Assembly (NCBI RefSeq): GCF_039654945.1
Contig: NW_027361763.1
Location: 18,042,001 to 18,106,000 of the forward strand
Length of the DNA stretch: 64,000 bases
Source of the DNA: Dendrobates tinctorius
Lineage: Eukaryota
Reading direction: 5' to 3'
Position numbers and translations under genes: made by a program. Under the pieces are notes generated by a model. It was not told the origin of the DNA. It saw nothing but the letters and a program-made list of their open reading frames with translations, and made no database searches. The stretch's first letter is position 1. The number at the start of each line of letters is the position of its first letter. Below, one piece after another: positions 1 through 63,157 of this stretch.

Positions 1-826
1 TGGATGACAGGCTGTATGGACGCATCATGCAACCATGCAGCCTGCCATCTAGAGGTAGCGGAGCTGACTGTGAGGTCACATCCTGCTGTCCTTGACTTTT
101 CTGCAGCAAATATGCTCACAAAAAGTCAACCTGCGTATTTGCAGCGTTTTTTCACCATCCATTCAAGTCAATGGGTGAAAAAATCTGAAAGAAGTGACGT
201 GCTCTATGTAAAAAAAAAACACCGCAAAGAGCAAAATCCTGATAGCAAAAAAAAACAGCTTTCTGATTGCCTGGGGTCAGAATGTGTGTGTATGAGATTT
301 CTCAGAGGCTTTGCTGCTACTGTGAAAAGCAGCTGAAAATTAGCATATAAAAGCAGCAAAAAAAACGCCCAGTGTCTGTGAACATTCCCTTAGGGGACCT
401 TTGTGGCCACTGTTTTCTGGATTTGTGTAGTCCGACAAGTGACCTTGAGTATTCTTCCATGGGGTTGTGGACGCGATACATTTCTTCGTCCGCAGACAGA
501 CGAGTATTGTGGCTTCTGCTTATAAAGGAAAGGATGTCAGTGTGCCGAGCCCAGTGCGCGCCGGGGCCAGGGTTTTGGATTTGTAATGGGGCACGTCAGA
601 TTCTGGCGTGACGTTCATTGGAAGATCAGTGCTGTGGGCTGTGAGATTTCTGTGCTGTGGACAGACACTACTTTTTAAACAGCTTCCCTGACAATAATCG
701 GATCACAAAGTGTCCTCCTGCTATGATCTCAACATGACGTTTCCCTGCAGCGCCACCTCAGGGGAAATTATGTATTGCAAGGGGCCCATTCTCTTCATTT
801 TGGGATTTCTGTGGGACAAGCTCTAA

Positions 827-998
827 GGCTGTGTGCACACGATGCGTTTTTTTAAGCGTTTCCGCAGCGTTTGAGCCGGCTCAGATCGCTGTGTGTGACG
901 GGACCCTAAGAGTAAAAAGATCATTAGAAAGGTCTCTTAATAGGTTTGTCACCTTGTACTCCATCGAGGCCGGTGGAGTGCGCAGTGTGCACAGAGCC
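827..998. mobile_element. Short PIF/Harbinger-like MITE
   Basis: Termini ggctgtgtgcacac ... gtgtgcacagagcc; flanks taa/caa. Confidence 0.55.
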
Positions 999-1013
999 CA
1001 ATCAGTCACATGT

Positions 1014-1970
1014 GGGGTACCACAGGGCTCCGTCCTGGGCCCTGTATTGTTCAACATCTTTATCAACGATTTAGATGAAGGAATTGAGGGTAAACTGATT
1101 AAATTTGCTGATGACACAAAGCTAGGAGGGATAGCTAATACTAGAGAAGAGAGAGAGGATTCAAAAAGATATAAACTGGAGAAGTGGGCAGCAACTAACA
1201 GAATGGTTTTTAACAGGGAGAAATGCAAAGTACTACATCTGGGCAATAAAAATGAAAAAAGCATATACAGAATGGGAGGAATAGGGCTAAGTGACAGCAC
1301 ATGTGAAAAAGACTTGGGTATACTAATAGATCACAGACTGAATATGAGTCAACAGTGTGATGCAGCAGCAAAAAAGGCAAATGCAATTCTAGGATGTATT
1401 AACAGAAGTATACAGTCTAGATCACGTGAAGTCATTATTTCCCTCTACTCCTCTTTGGTCAGACCTCATCTGGAATATTGTGTCCAGTTTTGGGCACCAC
1501 ATTTTAAAAAAGACATCAACAAACTGGAGCAAGTTCAGAAAAGAGCGACCAGAATGGTGACCGGTCTGCAAACCCTGTCTTATGAGGAAAGGTTGCAGGA
1601 TTTGGGAATGTTTAGTTTGCAAAAGAGAAGACTGAGAAGAGACTTAATAGCTGTCTACAAATATCTAAAGGGCTGTCACATTGTAGAAGGATCAACTTTA
1701 TTCTCATTTGCACAAGGAAAGACTAGAAGCAATGGGATGAAACTGAATGGGAGGAGACACAGATTAGATATTAGAAAAAACTTTTTGACAGAGTGATCAA
1801 TGAGTGGAACAGGCTGCCACGAGAAGTGGTGAGTTCTCCTTCAATGGAAGTCTTCAAACATAGGCTGGACAGACATCTGACTGGGATGATTTAGCGAATC
1901 CTGCTTTGAGCAGGGGGTTGGACCAGATGGCCCAGGCGGTCCCTTCCAACTCTACGATTCTATGATTCTA
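1014..1970 (+). mobile_element. CR1 LINE, 5'-truncated (RT C-terminal part and 3' end)
   Basis: [39 protein letters not shown]; 3' gattctatgattcta tail; 7-bp TSD cacatgt at 1007-1013 and 1971-1977. Confidence 0.95.
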
Positions 1971-2033
1971 CACATGTCCCTAGTTGGGTTTATGACAATG
2001 GCGTTTCTATTTCTAAACTGACTGGAACCTTTA

Positions 2034-2324
2034 GGCTGTGTGCCCGCGTAAGCGTTTTTTAAGCGTTTTTACCAGCAAAAACACTTAAAAATCGCTCAAA
2101 AGAAGCATCCCATTCATTTTAATGCATTTTAACGCATATTGATGCGTTTTTTTCCGCGAAAAAAACGCTTCGCGGTAAAAAACGCAGCATGCTCATTAAT
2201 TTTGCGGAAAAGTCCACATTTTTAGCTATTTTCTATGTGTCTGGGGACGCGGCAAAAATGCGCGTTTTCTGGGAAGGAGTCCGTTTTTTTGTCAGGAATT
2301 TTCTGCATACGTGGGCACATAGCC
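2034..2324. mobile_element. PIF/Harbinger-like MITE
   Basis: TIR ggctgtgtgccc / gggcacatagcc; TTA on both sides. Confidence 0.75.
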
Positions 2325-2327
2325 TTA

Positions 2328-2649
2328 GGGTATGTGCACACGGTGCGGATTTTACTGCGCATCCGCAGGCATTGTACAGTACAATGCATTTCAATGGGTT
2401 TTCAAATCCACAGTGCACATGCTGCAGATTTTTCCGCACAGATTTGCTGCGGCTTTAAATCCGCAACATGTCAATTCTTTCTGCGGATTCTGCAGGAGTT
2501 TGACGCCTGCTCCATTGTCCAGGTGTCAAACCGTAGGGGAAAACCGCTGGCCAATCCGCAGGAAAACCGCAGGTCACATTACCTGCGGTTATACCTGCAA
2601 ATCCGTGCGGAAAAATCTGCAGGTCAATCCGCAGCGTGTGCACTCACCC
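2328..2649. mobile_element. PIF/Harbinger-like MITE abutting the previous one
   Basis: TIR gggtatgtgcacacg / cgtgtgcactcaccc; TTA on both sides; internal tgcgga/tccgca repeats. Confidence 0.8.
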
Positions 2650-2776
2650 TTACTCTGATGTGTACAGATAAAGGGAGTAATGCAATCACCAGGTCAATAA
2701 CGGGGGCTCCGCGTCCATGAGTGTGAATGTAAAGCATTGGTAAGAAGAGAAGATGATGAAGTAGCTGCACATGGAT

Positions 2777-3053
2777 GGGAGCGCAGGAAGCCGCTGGCAC
2801 CCAGGAGACTGCTAACACGATGCACATGGAGGGGAGCGCGCCTCAGGACGGGGGAGCGCAGGAAGCCGCAGGCACCCAGGAGACTGCTAACACGATGCAC
2901 ATGGAGGGGAGCGCGCCTCAGGACGGGGGAGCGCAAGAAGCCGCAGGCACCCAGGAGACTGCTAACACGATGCACATGGAGGGGAGCGCGCCTCAGGACG
3001 GGGGAGCGCAAGAAGCCGCAGGCACCCAGGAGACTGCTAACACGATGCACATG
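2777..3053. repeat. 75-bp tandem repeat, ~3.7 copies
   Basis: Unit gggagcgcaggaagccgcaggcacccaggagactgctaacacgatgcacatgga...; period 75. Confidence 0.9.
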
Positions 3054-3108
3054 GCGCCTGGCGTCCAGCCGCTCACATACACACATATATCCGCAGATAC
3101 ACATTATA

Positions 3109-4721
<1,613 letters not shown>

Positions 4722-5109
4722 TATATGGGGGTACGTGTGGTGTCTCCCTTACTGAGGTACTGAGGACGACGAGGACCTCGGCGGATCGGCATCATGGCGC
4801 CCAGCCTGTGTACAGGCGCAGGATTCATCCAGGCTGCCCAGTACTGAACCTGGGAATACCCTCTTTGTATTATGAGGATTTTTCTTATTACTTTTTCTTC
4901 TATTCATCGCAGATGTGTAAGGATCTATAAAGCCCCGCACGGGTTCTGCTATAACACATTCAGTTTTCAGTGGTTTATTCTGAGGCTACACTGCAATTAC
5001 TGAGCGTGCGTGGCCCAGACGGTGAGAGGGCTGGTGTGTGTATGGACGAGGAGAGGGTGCAAGCCAGATTTAGAACAGCTGCTTGGTCAGGGGAGGGTGA
5101 TTAGCCCAG

Positions 5110-5720
5110 ACCACCCCTGATACCCGGGTGTGTCCTACTTGGCAGGATGAGCAGCTGCTAGGGGACCCGCCCCTGGGGCATTTGCCCCTCTGTCTCCTGG
5201 CCCTGCTCGCCCCTGATACCCGTGTGTGTCCTGCTAAGCAGGCGGAGCAGCTGCTAGGGGACTGGCCCCAGGGGCATTTGCTCCTCTACCTCCTGGTCCA
5301 GCCCGCCCCTGATACCCGGGTGTGTCCTGCTTGGTAGGAGGAGCAGCTGCTAGGGGACCGGCCCCAGGGGCATTTGCTCTTCTGGCCCTGCCCACCCCTG
5401 ATATCCAGTTGGTTCTTGCTTGGCAGGATGAGCGGTTGCTTGCCCCGAGGGCATTTGCCTCTCTGCATCCTGGCCCAGCCCACCCCTGATACACGTGTGT
5501 GTCCTGCTTGGCAGTAGGAGCAGCTGCTAGGCTGCCTGCCCCAGGGGCATTTGCCCCTCTGCCTCCTTGCCCAGCCCGCCCCGATATCCAGTTGGGTCCT
5601 GCTTGGCAGGAGGAGCAGCTGCTAGGCGACCGGCCTCGGGGGCATTTGCCCCTTTGCCTCCTAGCCCAGCCCGCCCCTGATACCCGTGTGTGTCCTGTTT
5701 GGCAGGAGGAGCAGCTGCGG
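5110..5720. repeat. Diverged ~95-bp GC-rich tandem repeat, ~6.5 copies
   Basis: Recurring cccctgatacc...gagcagctgctagggga...ggggcatttgcccctct. Confidence 0.85.
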
Positions 5721-6760
5721 CCTCTGCATATTTCCTTCTGCCTGTGTCAGTGTTGTGCCGGTGGTGAGCACCACCTCATCTGCTGTCCCCAGGTGTTGTT
5801 ACAATGTGTCAGTGCTGGGAAGGTGTCCCAGTAGGATTGTCCAGACAGGGGGCTCTCTTGGCACAGTACTAATTCATGGCATCCATTGCCCGCTGTATTT
5901 CTTGGTGACCCAGGCACTGGTACATGGCAGGTGGGGGCAGTCTTACAGATTTTGTTTCCGGTTACTCATCAGTTTCGGACTCCATGAGGGGCGAGGCGCT
6001 GCCCCGATCTCCCAGTACGATGCAGTCCAGTAACTGGATCCATAGGCTGCCCTTACTGGGGTCTTTGGGGACCCCCTGTGATCTCTTCTGCCACCTGCCA
6101 GACATGTACTAACCCGAGCACCTCCCCTATGTGATCATAACCACTCATAATGACACAGAGATTGCAGCTCATCATCCTCTTGGGCTTCAGCCTCAGCATT
6201 TTGGCAGCATTAGTGAATCTCCGAGGTCCTTGGGCTTTGATCAGGTGACTAATTGCGGCCTCCATTATCATCATTTTCTTGTCCTGAGCGACGGCTTCTC
6301 GTCACTTCTGACGATCCCTGTATGATTTAATGCCCAAGACGTTCTCCATACTCTGCGCTGGTTACATTATAGACGAGCAGAGATTTACCCCGAGGAGATT
6401 TCTCACGTTGCTGAATCCCTCGAGGAATTATCCGCTGGGGTCTGTCCTAACATGAGCGATGGCTGTTTACTCGCACGCCTTACTGTAATATCCCCAGGTT
6501 CCCCCCTCCCCATAGTAAGAGCACGGCTTCTCCTCCGCTGGAGGCTTTTCACTTAGGACGCGGAAAGCTAAAAAATCCTGGGGAGACCTCAGTCTGTTCT
6601 TTGTACCAACGTGTGTCGCTTCCAGTCACAGCCCAGCGGGGGGGGGCATGAAAATAAGTGCGATCTACAGTATCGAAAGTGAGGGGGAAAGAACGATCGC
6701 ACAGATCCCCCATTATTGGTAAATGACAGTTAATGAGAGCCTATCAATGTCCCATAAAAC

Positions 6761-7270
6761 TATAGAGGTGTTATCAGTTATTGTACAGGAGGAGGAGGAG
6801 GTGAGCTGTGACATCACCTATTTGGCATGTGGAATCCTGTGTTATCTACTGTATATATGTCACAGCTCACCTCTTCCACCTACTGTAGAATGACTGATAA
6901 CACCTCTATATACCGTAGATAACACAAGGATCCACCATTCACAACAGGTGATATCACAGCTCACCTCCTGCTGTACAATGACTGATAACACCTCCATATA
7001 CAGTAGATGACACTGGATCCACCATTCACAATAGGTGATGTCAGAGCTCACCTCCTCTCTTGTACAGTGTCTGATGATAACATCTCCTATATACAGTAGA
7101 TATCACAGGATCAACCATTCACAATAGGTGATGTCAGAGCTCACCTCCTCCTCCTGTACAATGACTGATAACACCTCTATGTACAGTAGATATCACAAGG
7201 ATCCACCATTCACAATAGGCGATGTCACAGCTCACTTCCTCCTCCTGTACAATGACTAATAACACCTATG
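6761..7270. repeat. ~90-bp satellite, one inverted unit followed by ~4.5 direct units
   Basis: gtcacagctcacctcctc...ctgtacaatgactgataacacctctata...ggatccaccattcacaatagg; reverse complement at 6761-6856. Confidence 0.85.
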
Positions 7271-9457
7271 TTTCTTATACACCTGATTGATGTATGATGA
7301 GTGCAATGTGACCCCAGAGATCCCCTCGGAGGATGAGAATGAAGGGTCCTGAGCCCCCCACTCAGATCTGCTTTTTGTAGCTGGGCCTTTCTTTCTCCTC
7401 TGCCTCTTTGTATCATAGAATCATAGAATCGTAGAGTTGGAAGGGACCTCCTGGGCCATCTGGTCCAACTTCCTGCTCAAAGCAGGATTCGCAAAATCAT
7501 CCCAGACAGATGTCTGTCCAGCCTCTGTTTGAAGGCTTCCATTGAAGGAGAACTCACTGCCTCTCGTGGCAGCCTGTTCCACTCATTGATCACTCTGTCA
7601 AAAAGTTTTTTTCTAATATCTAATCTGTGTCTCCTCACATTCAGTTTCATCCCATTGCTTCTAGTCTTTCCTTGTGCAAATGAGAATAAAGATGATCCTT
7701 CTACAATGTGACAGCCCTTGAGATATTTGTGGACAGCTATTAAGTCTCCTCTCAGTCTTCTCTTTTGCAAGCTAAACATTCCCAAATCCTGCAACCTTTC
7801 CTCATAAGACATGGTTTGCAGACCGGTCCCCGTTCTGGTCGCTCTTTTCTGAACTTGCTCCAGTTTGTTGATGTCTTTTTTAAAATGTGGCGCCCAAAAC
7901 TGGACACAGTATTCCAGATGAGGTCTGACCAAAGAGGTGTAGAGGGCAATAATGACTTCACGTGATCTAGACTGTATGCTTCTGTTAATACATCCTAGAA
8001 TTGCATTTGCCTTTTTTGCTGCTGCATCACACTGTTGACTCATATTCAGTCTGTGATCTATTAGTATACCCGTCTTTTTCACATGTGCTGTTGCTTAGCC
8101 CTATTCCTCCCATTCTGTATATGCTTTTTTTATTGTTATTGCCCAGATGTAGTACTTTGCATTTTTCCCTGTTAAAAACTATTCTGTTAGTTGCTGCCCA
8201 CTCCTCTAGTTTATTTATATCTTTTTGAATCCTCTCTCTCTATTATTGGTTATCCTTCCTAGCTTTGTGTCATCAGCAAATTTAATCAGTTTACCCTCAA
8301 TTCCTTCATCTAAATCATTGATAAAGATGTTGAACAATACAGGGCCCAGGACAGAGCCCTGTGGTACTCCACTTGAGACATTCTTCCAACTGGATGTGCA
8401 TCCATTTACGACCACTCTTTGGGTCCGATCACTAAGCCAGTTATGAATCCACCTAACAGTTGCCTTGTCCATTCCATACTTAGTCATTTTTTCAATAAGG
8501 ATTGTGTGAGATACTTTGTCAAATGCTTTGCTGAAGTCAAGATATACTATATCTACAGCATTTCCCTGATCCACCCAGTCAGTGATTCCGTCATAGAAGG
8601 AAACTAAGTTAGTCTGACGTGACTTATTAGTTACAAACCCATGCTGACTCTGTTTTATCACTTCATTCTTATCCAGGTACTGACATACATGTTGTTTAAT
8701 AATTTTTTCAAAGATCTTTCCTGGTATAGAAGTCAGACTCACCGGCCTATAGTTGCCTGGGTTCACGTTCTTCCCCTTTTTGAAGATAGGAACAACGTTT
8801 GCTCTTCTTCAGTCTTCTGGGACTTCTCCTGTTCTCCAAGAATTTTCAAAGATTATGGAGAGGGGTTCAAATATTTCTTCTGCTATCTCCTTCAGTACTC
8901 TGGGGTGTAATTCATCTGGACCTGGAGACTTGAATTCATTTAGGTTAGCTAAGTGTTTCCTCACTATCTTTCTGTATAGATATCCTGGATTCTTCTATAC
9001 TCTTAATAGGACAGTGAAGAACAGTTGATGTTACATTTCCTTTCTGAGAGAAAACAGATGCAAAATAGGAATTTAAAAGTTCAGCCTTCTCAACATCCTG
9101 TCTTACCATTCCATCATTTTCATCCTGTAAAAATCCTATAGCATCTTTGACTTTTCTTTTACTTTTGACATATCCCCAAAATCCTTTATTATTGCTTTTG
9201 ACGTCTCTTGCAAGCCTCAATTCATTGTCAGCTTTAGTAATCTGATTTGTGCCCTGCAGGTTCTGCAGACAGCATTATATTCTTCTTTAGATATGCCTCC
9301 CTCTTTCCATTTTATAAACATTTTTTTCTTACTTTTTAGCTCTGTGTTCATCCATCCTGGTTTCCTTAAATGCTTCCTATTCTTCCCTCTTTTCGGAATT
9401 GTTAACAATTGTGCTTTGAGAATCTCATTTTTCAAGATTTCCCATCCTTCCTAGACA

Positions 9458-11620
9458 TTTTTTTTTTTAAATTTGTTTATTAAGCCATAAACAGGGTATA
9501 CATTATACATACTTGTACATGGTGTAAAATACTGTACAAAATATATATGTTCATATGACATTAAATGCAAAAGAAAATGTGCACACCAGTTGTATACCGA
9601 ATAAAACAATGTCAAATATATCACACTGGTCTTTATGTTATTGCTCAAGTGATAAAACCTATCTAACTACCTATATCTACAAGAACAACAACTATTTTGC
9701 AGCCTAAAACTACACAATTAATCATCTATTATGTGACATCTCCACTCTACAAAGTAAGGTGAGAGGAGTTCCACCTCTCCCAAATCTTCTCAAATTTACC
9801 CGGGCATCTTCTGTTTTGATGCAGCGTGCGCTCATATGGGATGATAGAGTTCACTAAATTGATCCAGATCCCAAGAGAGGGCGATGAGCCTCCCATCCAC
9901 CGCAGTGCCAGTACCCTTCGTGCCATAAACAACGTCTCCCGTAAGAAAATCCCAGCATATCGATCCCATGTCTCCTCATCCCATACCCAAAATAAACAGA
10001 CCAGCGGCTCAAGGGGAACAGGAACTTGTACCAGGGACGTTAATGATGTCACCTCCTTCCAGTATTGTGCAGTGATAGGACACTGCCAGATCATGTGGAT
10101 AAAATCTGCATCTAGTAGATGACATCTTTAAGACGGCCCATCTTAAAGAGTCGAGTCAGAGTCAAATATGATTGGTTTATAATATATAATTGTATCCTCC
10201 TGTTATTAACAGACGGAGATACCCTGGTTGGAGACTCCAAAATTTCCTCCCACTCCACTCCCTGTGCACCAGGGATGAGCCTTTCCCTTTAACCGAATCT
10301 ATTGTGGACTCTGACCCCACTGACAGCATGTATGTGTACAGAGAGGAGATGAGACTCTGGGGACCCTGTGATGAAAGGATTCCTATCAAGGGTAAAGACG
10401 AGAGAGCATTGTCTGCACCCACATTTCTCATGTGTGACTGAAAGGCTGACCTTAATTGTAAATAACGGAAGAACTGCGACCTTGGGGCACCGCATTTAAC
10501 CTGTAAATGTTCAAAAGATATCAGAGATCCATGATCATGTAGATCACCTATCGTAAAACATTGTATTGAGTCCAGAATTCGGCAGACGGGTGTTCAAGTA
10601 ATGCCGGGAGGTAACCATTATTCCATAGGGGCATCTCAGCTATAATATCTCTAAATCCAATCACCCTTCTAATCTGTTTCCATACTGATCGTGCCAGACG
10701 AAGTAAGGGCAACGAACGAGAGACATTTATTTTCCCCAATTCCAAAAAACCCAGCGGGCAATCAGCCCGTGCGGCATGAAGCAGATGATCTTCAGAATTA
10801 GGGAGGTGACCACCGGGCATCCACTTACAGCTCTGGCCTGTCCAGCCAGATAATACAGAAAAAAGTTCGGTAACGCTGCCCCCCCATCTTTTTAGGTCTT
10901 TGCAGGGTGGATAGCTTGAGTTTAGGCCTGGTTTTCCCCCATACAAAAGACGTAATCTGGGAATTCAGGTTCGCAAAGAAGGACCTGGGCACCACCACAG
11001 CACTGTGAGAGAATAGCTGAGCTTGGGGAGCAATATCATTTTAATTAGGTTAATGCGTCCGGCTACAGACAGCGGGAGTTTACTCCAAACTGTGAATTTG
11101 ACTTTGACCATCTCCAGCAATGGATGTATGTTAAGTAAGCGTACTGCCATGAGAAATATGGACACCTAGATATTTAAAACTGGGTACTATGGGTAATGAG
11201 GAGAGAGTCTCAAGTTGGGGCATGGGAGAGAGGCATCAGAGCAGATTTCTCCCAGTTTATATACAGGCCAGAATATTTACTGAATGTATTTATAGTGGTG
11301 ATCACTCTTGTCAGGGTTTCTTCCGCTCTATCCATAAATATCACCATATCATCAGCATATAGACCTATGGTATCTATCCTATCCGCTATTTCTATGCCCA
11401 CAATACTGGGGGAGGATCTTATGTGTATTGCCAGTGCCTCGATCGCAAGAGCAAAAAGGACAGGGGACAGGGAACACGGGTTCCCCTGTGAAGTGAAAAG
11501 GCCTCAGATATGGAACTATTTACAATAACCCGGGCCTTGGGTTTCATATATAATATACTAATCCATTTTAAAAATCTATCACCGAATCCGTATTTCTGTA
11601 AACATGCATGGAGGAAAGGC
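9458..11620 (-). mobile_element. L1-clade LINE, 5'-truncated, nested in the CR1
   Basis: GLYADDMVIF, LSVAGRINLIKMILLPKL, HMIWQCP...YW; AATAAA and poly(A) on the minus strand (T-run 9458-9468); TSD ccttcct(a/g)gaca at 9446-9457 and 11621-11632. Confidence 0.9.
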
Positions 11621-12521
11621 CCTTCCTGGACATTTTTGTCCTTAAAATCCCTTAAAATCTGCCTTTCTGAAATCTAACCTTGACATCTGAGTCTTCACAG
11701 GTCTTCCTCCTCTAGTTATCCAAAATTCTAAAATAGCATGGTCGCTACATCCTAGGGTCCGAGCCACTTATACCTCCTCAACCATTTCCTCCCTGTTTAT
11801 AAGGATTAGATCCAAGGTAGCAGTTCCCCTTGTTTTCTCCCCTACCTTCTGGAAGATAAAGTTGTCAGCAAGAGAGGATAAGAATTTCCTTGACCTGTTA
11901 GTTTTGCCTGAGAGAGATTCCCAACAAATGTCTGGATAGTTGAAATCTCCCATGACAACTATGTCATATTTTTGGAGAACTTGGCCATTTGATGCATAAA
12001 GAGTTCATCCATATCTTCAGCTTGCACAGGCGGCCTGTAGTAAATGCCTACAATGGTGTCCTTTCCATTGTTCTGTCCTTGTATTCTTACCCAAACAGTT
12101 TCCACAGAACTCCCAGTCTCTGAAGCTTCAATCTCTGTGCAGATATACGCGTTTCTAACATACAATGCGACACCTCCTCCTCGTTTATCAAGTCTGTTTC
12201 TGGCAAATAAGTTGTATCCTTCTAGTCTTGTATTCCAATCATGTGTATTGTCCCACCAAGTTTCAGTGATTCCAATGACATCATATTTCTTTTCCTGTGT
12301 TAGTAGTTCCAATTCTCTTTGTTTGTTGCCCATGCTTTGTGCATTAGTATAGAAACATTTTAGTTTGTGATTGGTTTCTCTTTCTCCAATATTTTTATTG
12401 TTTAGATTTTTTTGTCTTTGTTCTTCCTTTCCACTTCTAATAGCAGAATTCTCAATAGCATTTGTCAGGTGTATGGCTTTTTCTGGCCTTTTGCTTCCCT
12501 TCCCACGTTGTTCTAGTGTAA

Positions 12522-13438
12522 GGCTGAGTTCACACGTGGCGTTTTTTTCGCGTTACCGCGGCGGTTTTAACTGCGCGATTTTGCCGCGAAAAATAAGCAT
12601 CCCATGCATTCCTATGGGATTCCGCAATGCTTTGCTAATGCTGCGTTTTTTACCGCTGCGGAATCGCTTTGCGGTAAAAAACGCAGCATGCTCATTAATT
12701 TTGCGGAATTGCGGCGATCCCGCACCCATAGGAATGCATTGTTCTGCTTACTTCCCCGCATGTGGCTGTGCACACCATGCGAAAAGTAAGCAGAACATTT
12801 GCGGATGGTACCCACGGTCTGGAGGAGAGGAGACTGTCCTCTGGGCTTTGGGTAACATATCCCTGTAAAAAATAGAATTTAAAATAAAAAATATTGTTAT
12901 TCTCACCTTCCGACGTCCCGCGCAGCCTTCCCGCCTCTCTCCACGCTCCCGGTCCCAGTAAGCCTTTGCGAAAATGCCCGCGATGACGTCCGTTCTCGCG
13001 GGATCGCGAAGTCTCGCGGTCATTCACGCAACGTCATCGCGAATGATCGCGAGAATGGACGTCATCGCAGGCATTTTCGCAAAAGATTACTGAGAACGGC
13101 AGCGTGGAGAGAGGCGGGAAGGCTGCGCGGGACGTCGGAAGGTAAGAATAACACCATTTTTTATTTTTTTTTTTTTACATTTTATCTTTTACTACTGATG
13201 CTGCATAGGCGGCCTCAGTAGTAAAAAGTTGGTCACACTTGTCAAACACTGTTTGACGAGTGTGACCAACCTGTCAATCAGTTCTCCAAGCGATGCTACA
13301 GATCGCTTGGAAAACACTAGCATTTTGCAAGCTAATTACGCTTGCAAAATGCTGGTTTTTCCGCGGGAATTTAAAATGCGATTTTCCCGCGGAATGGAAT
13401 TCCAGAACTCCGGAGTTCCGTTTCGTGTGAACTTAGCC
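12522..13438. mobile_element. PIF/Harbinger-like MITE inserted at the CR1 ORF1 end
   Basis: TIR ggctgagttcacacg / cgtgtgaacttagcc; taa/tta flanks; large internal palindrome 12860-13190. Confidence 0.85.
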
Positions 13439-14498
13439 TTAAGCTCTCCTGATAAGTGTAGCAAGGCAACTTCCAAATACATGTTTTCCAGTCTTGGTAA
13501 GGTGCACCCCATCTCTAGCAAGTAGTCCATCGTAAAGGTAATTCACTCCGTGATCCAGAAATCCAAATCCTTGCTGACGGCACCATCGACGTAGCCAGTT
13601 GTTCACCTGCAGAATCTTATTCCACCTCCTTGTTCCATGGCCATCCACTGGGAGGATGGAAGAGAAGACCACCTGCGCTCCCAGTTCTTTCACTTTCTTA
13701 TCTAAGTTTTCAAAGTCACTGCAGATGGTTTCCAGGTCGTTTCTTGCTGTGTCACTTGTCCCCACAAATAGCCGTCTCTGTTTCCTTCCTACGGTTCCTT
13801 TATGATTATTTCTGGCCCTTTCCTGGTGGTGTTGAGCGCCGCCAGTCACGAGGCTGCCCGGCAGCGCCACCCTCGCTCCCAATCCTTACTGCAGGATGAC
13901 AATCTGGTGTTGTGCTGGACAACAATCATCTGTTTGTGCCGGTCACGTCTCTGCGGTCACGGTCCACGTTACCAGGGAATATTCCGGATTCTTTGCAGTC
14001 CTCTGATCACGGCTGACACCAGTGTGTTATTACGGGGATGAAGCTCGTTGTGCTGAACCTTTTTTTTGATCTCTGGAGCAGGGTTGGGTCCGTTCGTGAA
14101 TTCCGTCTCCTCTACTCCCACAGCGCTCAATAATTAGTAGCGTTGTAATAACGGGGATCCGATCCGAGGGCTGTAGGGGCGTAAGATGATTTCTGCCATT
14201 TTACCTCAAAAATCCAGTGGATGGTTTGGGTGAAAACCTTCATGTCCATATGCAAATAAGGCGCTGTGAGCATTATGGGCGGGGCCTGCGTTCTGAAGGA
14301 CCCTTCCTACAACAGATTGGCCAGCTGGCTTACTGCCCTCCATCAATGCAGTGTGGGCAGAGCTAGCTGTGCAAACTGGGAAGGGCACTTGTGTCACAGC
14401 CCCGCCCATGGGGCTCCAGGTGCATTATTTGCATATGAGCAGGAAGTTCCCCCCCCCCCCCCGAACCGTGCTGCGGTCCCTACAAGGAGTGAGGTTGA

Positions 14499-63135
<48,637 letters not shown>

Positions 63136-63157
63136 GTAATGATCCTGGAACAGAGTA

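Larger units (their letters stand above)
7412..13775 (-). mobile_element. Long CR1 LINE (ORF1 SGNH-esterase end, ORF2 endonuclease and RT), decayed and interrupted by an L1 and a MITE
   Basis: ORF1 ...DGLLARDGVHLTKTG; [29 protein letters not shown]; [31 protein letters not shown]; 3' microsatellite tail at 7412-7435; left of ~13775 boundary approximate. Confidence 0.92.

Noticed and set aside
831-1796. 321-aa ORF as a host gene
   Set aside because: Chance fusion of MITE/flank sequence to a truncated CR1 RT; the same applies to 20201-20977 (satellite plus CR1).
10126-10148. Small palindrome ctttaaga...tcttaaag inside the L1 remnant
   Set aside because: Too short to distinguish a transposon footprint from chance.
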